DNA from: Podarcis cretensis
Lineage: Eukaryota
NCBI GenBank assembly: GCA_951804945.1
Contig: OX638150.1
Location: 66,340,001 to 66,404,000 of the forward strand
DNA length: 64,000 bases
Direction: 5' to 3'
The position numbers and the translations under genes were made by a program. The notes under the pieces were generated by a model. The model ran no database searches, was not told where the DNA came from, and saw only the letters and a list, made by a program, of their open reading frames with translations. This document shows, in pieces, positions 1 through 13,355 of the stretch. Within the stretch, counting starts at the first letter, position 1; each line of letters opens with the position of its first letter.

Positions 1-1643
1 GCAAGAGAGCTGGAAAACAGGAGCGGTTAGTGAACTATATATAAACAACAGGGCAAGAGGTTAATTAAAGAGAAAGGAGTCAGAAGGGGAGTGAGAAGTT
101 GTGGAGTTTTAATTTAATTTCCTCTTCTCTGACTCAGATAACTTGTCCTACAGCTTCTTCACAGGGGGCAACACATGTAGGCTCCAGAAGTGGATGCGTA
201 GAGTGGTAGAGTGATACATTTTGACATGCAGGAGCTCACAGCTGACAGCCATAATAGCCACACTTTGAAGGAAAATCCAAAAATGCTGGCAGGTGTATTG
301 ACCTCTTTTGTTTAATTACACATACCCCATTTATTAGGTTCAGCATGCGTGCAATCCTACTGTGCTTAGTTACCTGGGACTAAGCTCCATTGAGCTATGT
401 GGGACTTACCTCTGGTGCATGGGTTCAATTTGTAGAACAATTTGTGAGGCTTTAACAAAAGACCTTCAGCTAGCCATTAGCTGCTAATTAGAAATGCAAA
501 CTGTATTGCAAAGAAGTTTTGCCATTTAAAGTGCCAGGAGAAAGCCCATGAAAGAAAAAGAAAGAAATATCCAACCCCGTGTTGGTTATTTCCTTATTCT
601 CTGACATCTTCTTTGGCATTTGTCACAATCAAGCTTGAAAGCTTCGTTACCACCTCATTCCCTGGCCAGGGCAAGGAGGTTCTATCAATTACTCTGGAGC
701 TCAAACTGATGATATTAGCACACCTGCTAAGGGGGTGGTCCTGATTCCCAGAACTCCATTTCTCTACTCTTAATTCCCTTCCACTATACTGCTGAACGTA
801 CATCTGAAAGGATGCAAATATGCTTCAGTTGCATTAATTACTTGAAAAGACTTAATTAGTGGCTGACAAAGAGGTAGATCTCTAGGGTGAGAACAAAGAA
901 TAGCACAAGAGTCCAAGTTAGATTTACCAGTGCTTGTTTCAATTGAAAAACACTTGGTGGCAAATCACTCTACACAAATCTGGAGGTGTTGTTAGGCAGG
1001 GCAGTGTGCATGTGTGGAGGGGAGGAGAGGTTGTGTGAGAGAACTCATTGCTCTCTCTTTCCTGTTAGTATCTGGGCTGTTATTTCTTGTATAAAAGTGT
1101 ATAACCCCTGTTACCACAATGGTTCTGCTTTCCTATTTCAGAGCTCAATAAGCTTTCTATCAATATCATTGGACAGTCTGTGGCCTAGATTGTTCAGAAT
1201 GCTATTTTTATCTGTGAATAGCACTCCCCAAGAGAGATGTTTGTTTGCTTTGACACACTTTATACTGTAAAAGGTCAGGGAACACAGGTAGGAGTCCAAA
1301 CAGTGGGGCAGCAGGAGCCTCACAGAGGGACTCACAAAGCCAGGAGATATACGATGGTGGTTCTTGCTGATAAAGAGAACTTGCCAGCTCCAGAATTCAG
1401 GTCATAGCTGCATCATCATTCTTCTGCAGCTGTGGCTCAGAGAGCAGAATTTCAATGGGGTTTGCTGTAAAAATGAGCTGGTGCAGACCCCACTTCATTA
1501 CAACAATATTTTATTAGGATGGCAAGACGTATCCAAGCTACAGCTTATATGAAGAAGTAATTTATTCCTGTATGATCAGTTTATAGAATTTCCACTTTAA
1601 AATCCTACTGCTGCAGCATGTTGTCCATAAGTGGGTGTGGAGA

Positions 1644-1690
1644 TACACACACACACACACACAAACAAACAAACAAACAAACAAACAAAC
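1644..1690. repeat. Compound microsatellite (AC)n(AAAC)n
   Basis: Read directly from the sequence. Confidence 0.95.
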
Positions 1691-2126
1691 ATGCACATAT
1701 ATATTTGTGTTATACGACAATGCAGCTCCTTAGAATCCCATAATAATAATAAAGCAGTAGTTATGAGGTGATTTGCTGGTTATTATGATGTTGTATTTTG
1801 GTTCCTCTCATTTCCCCCCAGTGCCTCTAGTTAAGAAGTAATTGTTTACAGTGAGTGAAATTCAATGTTGCATTAAGGCAATTGTTCCATCAGCACAAAT
1901 ATTTCTGCTTGCTAGATGAAATTATATCCCGTCCCCCTGTGTGCTCCAGGGGTTGTCTTGTTGGGGAGATGGGGGGAGGGGGAGAAGGGACGGAAGCCCC
2001 ATTCAGTGGCTCACTGCACTGGCTCCTACTAGTGCCATTATTTAGTTGAATCCTATCCATGTCTACTAGGGCACAGCAGTTGCTGTCTCCTGCTAGGGCA
2101 CTAGAGTCCAAAATGCTACCTAGGAG

Positions 2127-2289
2127 TAGGACCACAGTTCACAAGTATAATATCTGCTTTGCATACAACACATCCCATGTTCAATTCCAGAGCCCCCTAG
2201 AGAGTCATTGCCCATTTGTATAGGCAAAATTGACCTGGTTAGACAAAATGGTCTAATTCAGTATAAGGCAGCTCCGTATGTTCCTATGT
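2127..2289 (+). mobile_element. Old Squam2-like SINE (tRNA head, CR1-like tail)
   Basis: atctgctttgcat...ttcaattcc...cagtataaggcagctccgtatgttcctatg. Confidence 0.55.
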
Positions 2290-5200
2290 ACAATACTTGA
2301 TATTATGCCTAGGAGGTGAGTGCAGACAACCACATAAATGAGGTTTGCTGAAGAATTAGAAAGAGGGGGTCTACTCTACAAACCTTCTGCGGTTGGGGAT
2401 TTTGTACATATGCAGGCGAGCCCCCAGCAGAAGATTTTGGACAACGTAGTAACAACTATTAGATGAACAGCAGCTTGTGACACCAGTGCAAAATCCTCAG
2501 CTAGTTCATATGTGAAAGGTCAGCATTGCAGCAAAAGATGGAACCCACCTGTATCCCTTGGCATGGACAGGGAGATACCAAGCAGGGCAGTATGACAACT
2601 TATGGAAGGTAACGGTGCTCAGAACAATGTTATTAGAGCCTGAGCTTGAAATATGCTATGAAACTGAAGGTGGAAACAGCTTTCTTCATTTCTGTCCTGG
2701 AGATGTGGACTACATATGCCATCTCTATCAGATATTTTTCCTTTCAAGATCAAGTCTTGTTTTTCTTTGTAGTTATTTTAACAAGATGGCCTTAAAGATC
2801 CTACCTCTTTTGCACCACATCTCAGCTTCAAGTTCTGCTATAACCCTGCTAGTCTTTGGTTGTGTCTCTCTTATCTGTCAGTTTCTACAGCTGCTTTGTG
2901 CTCAAAGATTCAGACCCCCTTTGTTTTGCTGTGGTAATATAACACAATGTTCTCATGTGAATGTCTAGATAACTATATTGGAGGGAATTTTCATAGGCTG
3001 GCAAATTTGATAAACCACAGGCATCTGGTTGGCCACTGTGAGAACAGGACTAGATGGGTCATTGGCATGATCCAGTATGCTCATCTAGTGTGCAGGTGCA
3101 AAGGCACAGTTGGGATCTGGTGACCTCTCCATTGCAGGCAGAGAAGCAGCCATCAGTCCCGCTACACCAACGGAAACTGTCCATTCTGCCACAGCTGGAG
3201 GAAGCAGTAGAGCAGTGGCCTCAGGACAGTACATTCTGTCTAGATCTGGTCTCAGCTGCATTTTCAGTACAGAAACACCTACTGGTACAACTGTAGGATG
3301 TGGCGAGCATGGTGCACAGTCCCAAAGCTGAGTCTGCATGCATCACATCCCTACCCAGGTGTGCATAATAGGCATCTGTGTTGATCTGCAACTTGGACAT
3401 GACCATTCCATTTTGCATGGGTCCACTCAAGCTCACACATTTAAGAAGTAAATTTGGTTATATAAGTTGGCCTTGTCTCAGAGGCAGAAAGATGGTCCAG
3501 GTGTTGTTCCATACTTCTTGCTCTGCCCTTTATTCTGGTTACCTGCCCTTTATTTCCAGTGCTCATGTTTGATGATTCATCATGTATCTATGTCAAGTGC
3601 GACGTTCAAGGATATGGGCTGTTTCTTGCAAGACTTGAATGCTTGATGATTTTTGTCTTTCAAAACATCTCATGAAAGCTGTTCAAATGTCCAGTTATGT
3701 TCTTTCTTTTAAATAAGCCTCCTTTGCATTTTTTAAAACACTTATTTCTCATCATGAAGACTATCAATGTGAATCCAGAGAATTTTCAGAATTGCTTAAA
3801 GCCAACTAAATAATAAGGATGGGGTAAGAAAAGGCACAAATATCTCTTGAACTAAGGGTGATAGGCAAGGAAGCAGGAGGAATGGGAACAAATGAAATCA
3901 TTTTAGGCTCAAAATGGATTAGTTTTCAGTTGTGATGGTGACACCATATCTCACAGATGTTTGCAGACATATCAAACCGTGCTGCAAACAAAGATGGCAG
4001 TCAAAAGCTAATGCAAGATATTTCTCAGCTCCAGGTTTTTCCTGTCCTTCAGGGGGTCCCCTTAAAAAATGAGGGGCAGATAAAGATTACTGAAGCTTGC
4101 CAACCACATCCTCCCATGGCCTGCAGGTCCCCTATAACAGTGGGTCCTCAGGCTAAAGAAAGTGGGATTTTCCATCCCCACAAACTCACAGAACTTGGAG
4201 ATATTGGTGATTCTTGATGTTGACTGAACAAAAACAATCATGGCAGTACTGTTTGTCTATTTATTTCTGCATGTTTGAAAACCCTGCATCCTGGTCTTCC
4301 TGGTCCTACAGAACTTGGCTTATCCTTTTGTAATGTGTAACAGGATCTAAATACTATGCATCTGGCATCCAGATGGGAGGCATTTGTTAAATTTGCTCAT
4401 GGGTCTGGCCAACAGATGGGGAACTGCACAAATGTGCTGTTCTGTTACAGCAGTATAAAGCAGAGAAGCACCATCTTCTACAGTTTTCTTCTGCTCTGAA
4501 TCAGTTGTTGACTTGGTATTTCCCAGGAGGTGAACACTAAGGCTCTCTCTATATGGGACATAGTTGTTTTAATTAAATGAAGAGGCAGTCAAGAGATAGT
4601 AGCTAGTACTTTCAGAAAGCAAGTAACAAGTGAGTTCTAGTACATTAATTTTAACTTTGGAACATCAGTAGATACACACAGAGTACTACATGGTACATTA
4701 GCCCTGGCCCATAAAGGCTTTTATAACCCCAAAGTGGGTTTAATTGAATAAAATATAATTCACTAGATCCTCTTCTTTACTTCTAAATTTTTATGTTCAA
4801 GGCACACAGACCCTCCATTTGTTTCCTTCTGCTCTTGGTGCAGAAAGTGCACCATCTCAACCTACACACGGCATTGCAACGTGAACCTGTTTCCAGAAAG
4901 AAGTGAGGCTCTATGGTTCTGATGACCCTTGGCGGCAAATTATTTCTGGCTCTTGGGCTCCTATTCTCTGTTCCTCACAGCTTTTATCATTGTGGCCAAC
5001 AGAGGCTTGCATTGGTTAAATGAATCCAGAGGCACCAAAGCACTCAAGATGTGCTGAAGCAGAAGCTCAGAACCCCATTTAAAAAATACCCAGATGTTGC
5101 TCAGTCAGATGTAATAATTCATATGCTAAATGCAGATGTTGATTTGTCTGTTGCATAGTATTGAGACTGAGGGGTTTTGTTTTGTTTTTGACGTGTCTGT

Positions 5201-5551
5201 GTGTGTGTGTGTGTATGACACACTGAAAGCCAAGTGGTAATAAAATTGGTCAGGCTGGATGAAAACCAGCTGGAATGCAGTTCTGCTCCAGGAACAGTGC
5301 CAGGTTTTTATGGGACATGGATTTCACACTTTTGCACAGAGCCTACTCCAACTGTTACTTTTCTGGTTATCTTCCTCTTCCCCCACTAGCTCTGTATGTT
5401 TGGCTGCCTGAGATCAAAAGCCTCCAAGGCAACCTTTATGCCAGTCCCAGGGAAGAAATGGAGGAAACATCACAGCCATTTTTTCAAATGGACCTTTCAT
5501 ATAGATCAATGGCAGAAATGTGAGTTACTTGTAGTAGAACTGACTGGAGAT

Positions 5552-6146
5552 GGGGTAGGATTGTGGAACTCTCTCCCACAAGAAGCGGTGATGGTCATCA
5601 ACCTAGATGGCTTTAAAAGAAAATTAGACAAATTCATGGAGAAGAGGGTCATCCATGGCTACTGGCCATGATGGCTATGCTTTGCCTCCATAGCTGGAAG
5701 CAGCAGTGCTGGAAAGCACAGGAGGAGAGAGGGTCATGTGCTCATGGAGCCAGCGTGGTGTAGTGGTTAAGAGTGGTGGACTCATAATCTGGTGAACCGG
5801 GTTTGCATCTCCGCTCCTCCACATGCTGGGTGACCTTGGGCCAATCACACTTCCTTGAAGTCTCTCAGCCCCACTCACCTCTCCGAGTGTTTGTTGTGGG
5901 GGAGGAGGGGAAAGGAGAATGTTAGCCGCTTTGAGACTCTTTAGGGTAGTGATAAAGCGGGATATCAAATCCAAACTCCTCCTCCGCCTCTTCTTCTTCT
6001 TCTTCTTCTTCTTCTTCTTCTTCTTCTTCTTCTTCTTCATGGTCCGCTTGCCGGCTCCCCACAGGCATCTGGTTGGCTCCTGTGAGAACATGATGCTGGA
6101 CTAGATGAGTCATAAGCCTGATTCAGCAGGCTTTTCTTACGTTCTC
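5552..6146 (+). mobile_element. CR1 LINE 3' end (ORF2 end and 3'UTR), split by Squam3
   Basis: LWNSLPQEAVM...LDGFKRKLDKFM, then the 3'UTR motif ggcatctggttgg...ctggactagatg. Confidence 0.8.
5746..6038 (+). mobile_element. Squam3/POM-type tRNA-derived SINE with (CTT)n tail, inserted in CR1
   Basis: Head gagccagcgtggtgtagtggttaagag. 3' end agccgctttgag...aaagcgggatat. Possible TSD tcatgg. Confidence 0.88.
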
Positions 6147-7573
6147 AATTTTTTTCCAATCTTAAATTCAGCTCCCAACATTTCTGCATCACCCTGTGAT
6201 TCCCTTTTCAAAGGTTCTAATTAAAAAGCCTCAGCATTTTAGTGCAAATATCTCCTGTACATTTTTAATGCAGGTTTTACACAATATACACTCCAGGACA
6301 ATGCATTTTGTATGATATTTTCAATTACACGTGCATTTATATATACACTTCATTCTAGTGTACACATTTTTGTATGCATTGCTTGGCTGGAAAATTTGGC
6401 AAAGGGAAAATATTGACCGTTGGATGTGTTTTGGTTTACATACTGTTTTAGAAAGTGCCAATTAGGCAAGTTCTCCTTTAAATGCAAATTGAATTGAATT
6501 TCTCCCCCATAGGAGATAGCTGTGTGTTGTTATGGCAGCTGGGTCTGTTCTCTCGTCCTTTTTCAAGGCACCTACTGGAGTAGAGCCATCTGCCTACTGA
6601 GCATTCAAGTGTCTAAATGTAGCCTTTGGCCTTTCCCAGCTTTGCTCGTTCCCAGTTCAGGTACATTCATGGCAAAACAGGACAAAAAGCCTTGATCGTA
6701 CCTGTAGAAATTAAAGTCAAAGTCTTTCCAGCAATTTTTTTTTTATTGCTTGCTGCAAAGCAGCTAGATCTTCTTAACAGCTTTAGCTCTCCTATTCTTT
6801 ATTTTGATGTAAATGATTTGAAATACATGCATAGCCAGAAGTTGCAGAGCACCTTAAACTAGCATCTTTGGCCTGTGTCGTCTGTGCCCTAGGCACTATG
6901 CTCTTGGCTGTTGCTAAAATAGAACCTAATCCAATAGAAAAACCCAGAGGGCATGATTTAGAATTCCATTTCATGTTAAAATGAAAAAGTTTGTGTTATC
7001 CCTGCTGATACTAGCTCAGCTACCGGAACATGTTGAGGGAAAACAGGGTGGATCTAAAATATATTCTCTATTCTGTTAAAAACATGGGAGATTCCCATAT
7101 GAATTAAAATAGTTCCTTTCCAGAATGTACAAGGGGGCATCCTAAGAGATGGCTTAAAAATTATGGACAACAGCTGTGAGCCTATTAGCTTTATACTACT
7201 ACTGACTAGTCTTCCTATTCTTATGTAATAACTACCTTTCCTTACCATTTGCTCCCCCACCCCCATTTTTAAACAAACTGGCAGTGGCAGGGAGGTTGTT
7301 TCAGAACCAACACTAGCAATGTCCAGAATCCTTCTTATTTTAACAAAAAGCATGATTCCAATTTTGAAAAGTACTCTTTGCGAATAAAGCACAATGTATT
7401 TAGGAGCAAATCCTTTTCTTAAAAGAAGGGATCTTACATAATCATTAAATGTAAAGCTAATAAAGTTGATTTTAATATTGTGTCATTTTTTGATGATAAT
7501 GTGGTGTTTTGTTTTAATTGTTGTAACCCTCCCTGGGATCTTAGGGTGATGAATGGGTAATAATAATAATAAA

Positions 7574-7957
7574 GGGGACGCTGGTGGCGCTGTGGTCTAA
7601 ACCGCTGAGCCTCTTGGGCTTGCTGATTGGAAGGTTGGCGGTTTGAATCCCCATGATGGGGTGAGCTCCCGTTGCTCTGTCCTAGCTTCTGCCAACGTAG
7701 TAGTTTGAAAGCATGCCAATGCATGTAGATAAATAGATGCAGTGGGAAGCTAAACAGTAATTCCGTGTGCTCTGGTTTCTGTCACGGTGTTCTGTTGCAC
7801 CAGTAGCGGTTTAGTCATGCTGGCCACATGACCCAGAAAATTGTATGTGGACAAACACCGGCTCCCTTGGCCTGAAAGCGAGATGAGCGCTGCAACCCCA
7901 TAGTCGCCTTTGACTGGACTTAACCATCGAGGGGTCCTTTACCTTTTACCTTACCTT
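7574..7957 (+). mobile_element. Sauria/Squam1 SINE
   Basis: tRNA-like head gggacgctggtggcgctgtgg (A box), ggtttgaatccc (B box), (ACCTT)n tail. Confidence 0.92.
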
Positions 7958-9668
7958 TCAGAAGAAAAAGAAGAAGAAGAAGAAGAAGAAGAAGTCAATA
8001 CATGCATTGCTTTGGCACCTGACATCTATTCTCCAGCAAAGATTTTGGGCGTCTGATCTTGTGGCCCTTCAGTTTTGGTCCTGGAAGAAATCCTGCAACT
8101 GTGCTGTATTTAAATAGAGTTGACTTCATAAGTCACCATTTGTATATAAAACAACCCACCCACCCCTTTAATGCCATTGTTAACACCTCCTCAGTGTTCC
8201 AAAGAGATTATTTACCTGAAGTGTCTAAAATATTTGCCATATTAATGAGCTTGGTCAGCGTGTCAACATACCTATAAGCTACTTTGAATAATTCAACATT
8301 GCCTATGTCGTTTGAGAGGCTTGGGATCGTTCACATCAATAGTAAATGGGCACAATTGTTCATTTTCCAACTATCATTCTCCTGGATCTACATGGCAAGA
8401 AGTCTTGTTATTTTGCTTTCTTTTTTCATGTTCAAAGAGCTCCCAACAATTATTTTACAGTCGTCATTTTAACTGCAGGTGGATGGTGAGCATGGTACCA
8501 GCCAAGGAGCTGTGGAAATTAGGAGTTATGCTCTCTATCATGTACATAGTTAGTACCTGGTTAAGTCTGTGTACTTGAGAAGATATCCAGAACATATGTC
8601 GCCCCAATAAGAAAAAGCACGGTAAACAATGTTTTATAGTAAGAGTCTAGGAGATTATGTAGCTGATTTTATTAGGCTCTTAGCCCTGCACTGCCCACTG
8701 AAAACATTAGACTTCTTGGAGTCTTGATTCGTGTTTGCTCTAGGGAATATACATTAAACCTGTACTTTAACCTTGCTGGGGATAAGAACTGAGTTTGAGA
8801 GAGATTCCTTCTGCGGTCATCAATGACTGGTGCATAATATCCAGGAACATACTTAATTTCAGCACTACTATCACCAGCATCACGGAAAGTGCCCCAAACT
8901 CTTTTGCTCTTTTTTCTGGTAGATATGTCCTCATTTGCAATTTAATCTGCCTTCAGTAAGCAAGCAGCATCTCATAACCCAATACGCTAATTTGAATTTG
9001 CCCTGATCTGGAGTCATTTCCACAGTGAACCAGATGATCTGGGGAAATGTTGACTTGTTAGTGCAACAGCAGCCTAGAATGGAAATAAAGCCAAGCTATC
9101 CCCCCCCCCCAGTCTAAATTCAGCAGAGGGGCAACAATTTGTTGGGGCAGCAATGGAGAGAAAACGAGAGAGTGAGATGAAAACAGTGGTAGCTTTAACA
9201 GGAAGTGAGGAGAAAAGGTGGTGGTGAGACATCTTATTCCTTATTCTGATACATGATGCACTAACCTTTGGGGAAGCTACCTTTCTCAGGGGCAACTTGT
9301 GGCTGAAACACTGTGTACCAGTCACAGGAAAGAGTGTGTGAGTGAGAAAACCTCTCCATTTCCCTTTGTTGCTTTTTGCAAGTACAAGCAATGTACCACC
9401 CAAGTGGGTGGGTAAAGCAAAAAGGGGGAAATTCCTCTCTGGTTCAGATAAAGAAACCAAGCTGGGGAAGAACTCGAGAGCACCAAGCAACTAACTGGAA
9501 CCCAACCTAGAGCAGCTGGGAAAATTTCCCATCCTGCCTTACAGCTCCTCAAACGTACCCTTCAGAAAGATGCATTGCTTTTCAGTGTGTGAGTGATAGG
9601 TAAAGGGACCCCTGACCATCAGGTCCAGTCATGACTGACTCTGGGGTTGCGGCGCTCATCTCGCTTTA

Positions 9669-11336
9669 TTGGCCGAGGGAGCCGGCATACAGCTTCCGGG
9701 TCATGTGGCCAGCATGACTAAGCTTGCAGATAAAATCGCTCAGATTTGGGAAGAAGTAGACTCCACCGTGGGAGCAGGGCCAGGGTGGGAGAGTGCTAGA
9801 GTCCTGTCTAGTCAAGTTGTGTGGGATCAATTCCAATCTGTTACCTCCGAGGATGTGGACAGGCTGCTTGGACGAGTGAAGCCAACCACCTGTCTCCTGG
9901 ATCCTTGCCCATCCTGGCTTATAAAAGCTAGCCGGGAAGGACTGGGCGATGGGCTCCGTGAGGGAGCCTTCCCAGACCCGCTGAAAGAGGCGGTTATTAA
10001 ACCGCTTCTTAAAAAAACATCTTTAGATGCGGCCACGATGGCCAATTATCGCCCAGTCTCAAAACTTTCATTCTTGGGCAAGGTGATTGAGAGAGTGGTT
10101 GCTGAACAACTCCAGGCATGCCTGGAAGAAGTGGACCATTTGGATCCCTTCCAGTCGGGATTCAGGCCTCACGAAACTGCCTTGGTCGCACTGGTTGATG
10201 ATCTCCGGCGGGCTAGGGACAAAGGTGAGAGCTGTTTCCTAGTTCTGCTGGATCTCTCAGTGGCGTTTGATACCATCGACCATAACATCCTTCTGGACCG
10301 TCTTGAGGGGCTGGGAGCTGGGGGCACTGTCATACAGTGGTTCCGCTCCTTCCTCCTGGGCCGTGTTCAGAAAGTGGTGGTGGGGGATGAGTGTTCAGAT
10401 CCCTGGGCTCTCACTTGTGGGGTGCCTCAGGGTTCTGTCCTCTCCCCCATGCTTTTCAACATTTACATGCAGCCGCTGGGAGAGATCATCAGGAGGTTTG
10501 GGCTGGGTGTTCATCAGTATGTGGATGATACCCAGCTCTACCTCTCTTTTAAATCAGAACCAGTGAAGGCGGTGAAGGTCCTGTGTGAGTGTCTGGAGGC
10601 GGTTGGAGGATGGATGGCGGCTAACAGATTGAGGTCGAATCCTGACAAGACAGAAGTACTGTTTTGGGGGGACAGGAGGCGGGCAGGTGTGGAGGATTCC
10701 CTGGTCCTGAATGGGGTAACTGTGCCCCTGAAGGACTCACAGCTGTCCATGGAGGCACAGGTCAAATCTGTATCCAGGGCAGCTGTTTACCAGATCCATC
10801 TGGTACGTAGGCTGAGACCCTATCTGCCCATGGACTGTTTCACCAGAGTGGTGCATGCTCTGGTTATCTCCCGCTTGGACTACTGCAATGCGCTCTATGT
10901 GGGGCTACCTTTGAAGGTGACCCGGAAACTACAACTAATCCAGAATGCGGCAGCTAGACTGGTGACTGGGAGCGGCCGCCGAGACCATATAACACCGGTC
11001 TTGAAAGACCTACATTGGCTCCCAGTACGTTTCCGAGCACAATTCAAAGTGTTGGTGCTGACCTTTAAAGCCCTAAACGGCCTTGGTCCAGTATATCTGA
11101 AGGAGCGTCTCCTCCCCCATCATTCTGCCCGGACACTGAGGTCCAGCTCCGAGGGCCTTCTGGCGGTTCCCTCACTGCGAGAGGCCAAGTTACAGGGAAC
11201 CAGGCAGAAGGCCTTCTCGGTAGTGGTGCCCGCCCTGTGGAACGCCCTCCCATCAGATGTCAAAGCAATAAACAACTACCTGACATTCAGAAGACATCTG
11301 AAGGCAGCCCTGTTCAGGGAAGTTTTTAATATGTGA
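9669..11336 (+). pseudogene. 555-aa chimeric ORF: antisense Squam1 sequence fused to L2 reverse transcriptase, no endonuclease domain
   Basis: The first ~19 codons (TTG start) lie in the SINE. The rest is L2 ORF2 with three apparent in-frame deletions. Confidence 0.8.
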
Positions 11337-11396
11337 CATTTTAGTGTATTTTTCATCTTTGTTGGAAGCCGCCCAGAGTGGCTGGGGAACAAATAA

Positions 11397-11435
<39 letters not shown>
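9725..11435 (+). mobile_element. 5'-truncated L2-clade LINE (RT and C-terminus of ORF2, 3'UTR, (TTA)n tail), inserted in a Squam1 SINE
   Basis: NYRPVS, DPFQSGFR, LLDLSVAFDTIDH, GVPQGSVLSP, QYVDDTQLY, SRLDYCN, LHWLPV, LWNALP. (TTA)n tail. Apparent AGCT TSD at 9721-9724 and 11436-11439. Confidence 0.93.
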
Positions 11436-11436
<1 letters not shown>

Positions 11437-13026
11437 GCTGCTTCTGGCGAACCAGAGCAGCACACGGAAACGCCGTTTACCTTCCCGCCGGAGCGGTACC
11501 TATTTATCTACTTGCACTTTGATGTGCTTTTGAACTGACAGGAGCTGGGACTGAGCAACGGGAGCTCACCCCGTCGTGGGGATTCGAACCGCCAACCTTC
11601 TGATCGGCAAGGCTCTGTGGTTTATATTGTGTGGGTACTTGGATTTGTCTTTAAGTGAGAAACATTTTAGAAGCACTGATTGAAAATGCAAAGTTCAAAG
11701 GGCAAGCTAGTTCTCCTGCGACAGATTTATAACCCCACCCCATTTCAAACATAGCCACATTCCTTTTAACATTTTGTGCTTCTGCTATTTTTACAGTGCT
11801 ATGATTCAAGGTATAATCTTCCTATTCAGACCAATTTGCATCAAGCTTTTATTATTATTAAAAAAGCCCAGCTGTCTGAGGCTATGCCTACTCATTGCTT
11901 TAGATTGCATATAAATGTTCAAAGCTGCAAGTGGGATTTTACAAAGATGTATTTTGGGGGGAACATAACAGGATATGAAATCTTACCAATGAAATGTATT
12001 TTTCTTTTTTCACCAAAGCTCTGAACAGATGCTGTCATGCATATCCCGAAGAGTTTTTATGCTGATGATACATTGGGAACCTTTCAACTTACTGGATCAT
12101 ATGGAGGACAAAAGAAAGGTATTTACCCCCAACATCTTTACACAGAAGCAGCTTGTTGAATCTTTTTTTAAAAAAGACAATAAAGTCATTCATAAAATAC
12201 GCATAATGCAATACAAGCTCTTCTTGGCATATCCCCACTCCCTGAAAGTTGCAAATCATAATCAACAAGATATGGAATATAAAAGGGATGGAACTAGAGT
12301 TGGGGAAAATTATTGGAAGAGGCAGAACAGGCCGCACACTGTAGTTCGGCAGCAAAGGGATGAAGGAAAATGTGATCATAGTCTGAAGCAGCAGAGGGGA
12401 CAGATGGGAAGGAGCCAGAGGCCAGAGGAAGACATTGAAGTTAACTGGAGAGAACTGAGATGGAGGGGGCAGAAGGCAAGGGCTGAGGAGCAAGTTGTGG
12501 AATTGGAGCTGGAGAAATAGGAAGTCAGTACATAATGAGAAAGAGCTAAGAGGCAAAGGAGGAAGACAGAAGGAAGGGAGGAAAGGAGTGTTAATTGACA
12601 TGATGTTGTTTTGTATTTAAGAAGATTCTGGGAGCTTTGCTTGTAGGACTGTAGGAGAGAAGTAGTCCACAGGAACAATTTGGTGGAGCAAATCAGCGGG
12701 AGGCAGCAGTAAGTCATTGGATTGCACAAGGAAGATAGTAAACTGATTTTTCAGAAGCTCTTAATTGGCATTGGCCAAATCAAAAAATATTTCAGCTGGT
12801 GAAGAAAGGAGGTCAGCTAGGACTGAGTGTTGGAAGGGTGAAGAAAAGGGAGAAGAAATGAGACAAAAATGTATAATGGAAAGGCAAAATTGAAATACAA
12901 GCAAACGTGCACAGAACCAGTAAAGAATAGGGAAGCAAGCAATGTAACACAAGGTGAATGAGCAGAAAGTGTCAACAAAATGTGCAAACTGAAGGTTCGT
13001 GGAATCACAGAATTGGACAACAGCTC

Positions 13027-13355
13027 TATACCCTCCAACGTTTCTCTGATGAAAATAGGGATGTCCCGTTCCATAATGATAATTTTACTATTTATAGCCC
13101 ACACATCTTTCTGGCTTGCCCCAGCAACTCTGGGCAGCTTCCAATATATATAAAAATATTAGAAAACATTAGAAAAACTACAGGATTGCCTTCACACTGC
13201 TTGGGGATCAGATAATTCCATACCCTCCAACATTTATTCAATGAAAATAGGGGCATCCTAAGGAAAAGTGGGACATTCTGGGATCAGATCAGAAACCAGG
13301 ACAGTTTCTCTAAATGAGGGACATCCCTGGAAAATAGGGACACTTGGTAGGTCTG
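13027..13355. mobile_element. Composite TIR element with a duplicated left terminus and an internal antisense L2 3' piece
   Basis: (T/C)ATACCCTCCAAC at 13027 and 13219. Right end rc CAGACCTACCAAGTG. CAGCTC at 13021-13026 and 13356-13361. Confidence 0.6.

Larger units (their letters stand above)
9599..11623 (-). mobile_element. Sauria/Squam1 SINE split by L2 (halves 9599-9724 and 11436-11623)
   Basis: ggtaaagggacccc tail...catgactaagc | gctgcttctggcgaaccagagc...ggattcgaaccgcc. Colinear with the intact copy at 43183-43537. Confidence 0.92.

Noticed and set aside
5746-5830. tRNA genes at SINE heads (also 7574, 26500, 43460, 47011, 50878, 63130)
   Set aside because: The A/B boxes run into SINE bodies and tails, with no complete cloverleaf.
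5675-6113. Poly-K/E/F ORFs (also poly-N/L/V/S ORFs at 11253, 35363, 39427, 44530)
   Set aside because: Translations of trinucleotide microsatellite tails.
12029-12729. 163- and 170-aa ORFs
   Set aside because: Purine/pyrimidine-skewed low-complexity DNA with no recognisable domain or splice context. Possibly an old repeat.
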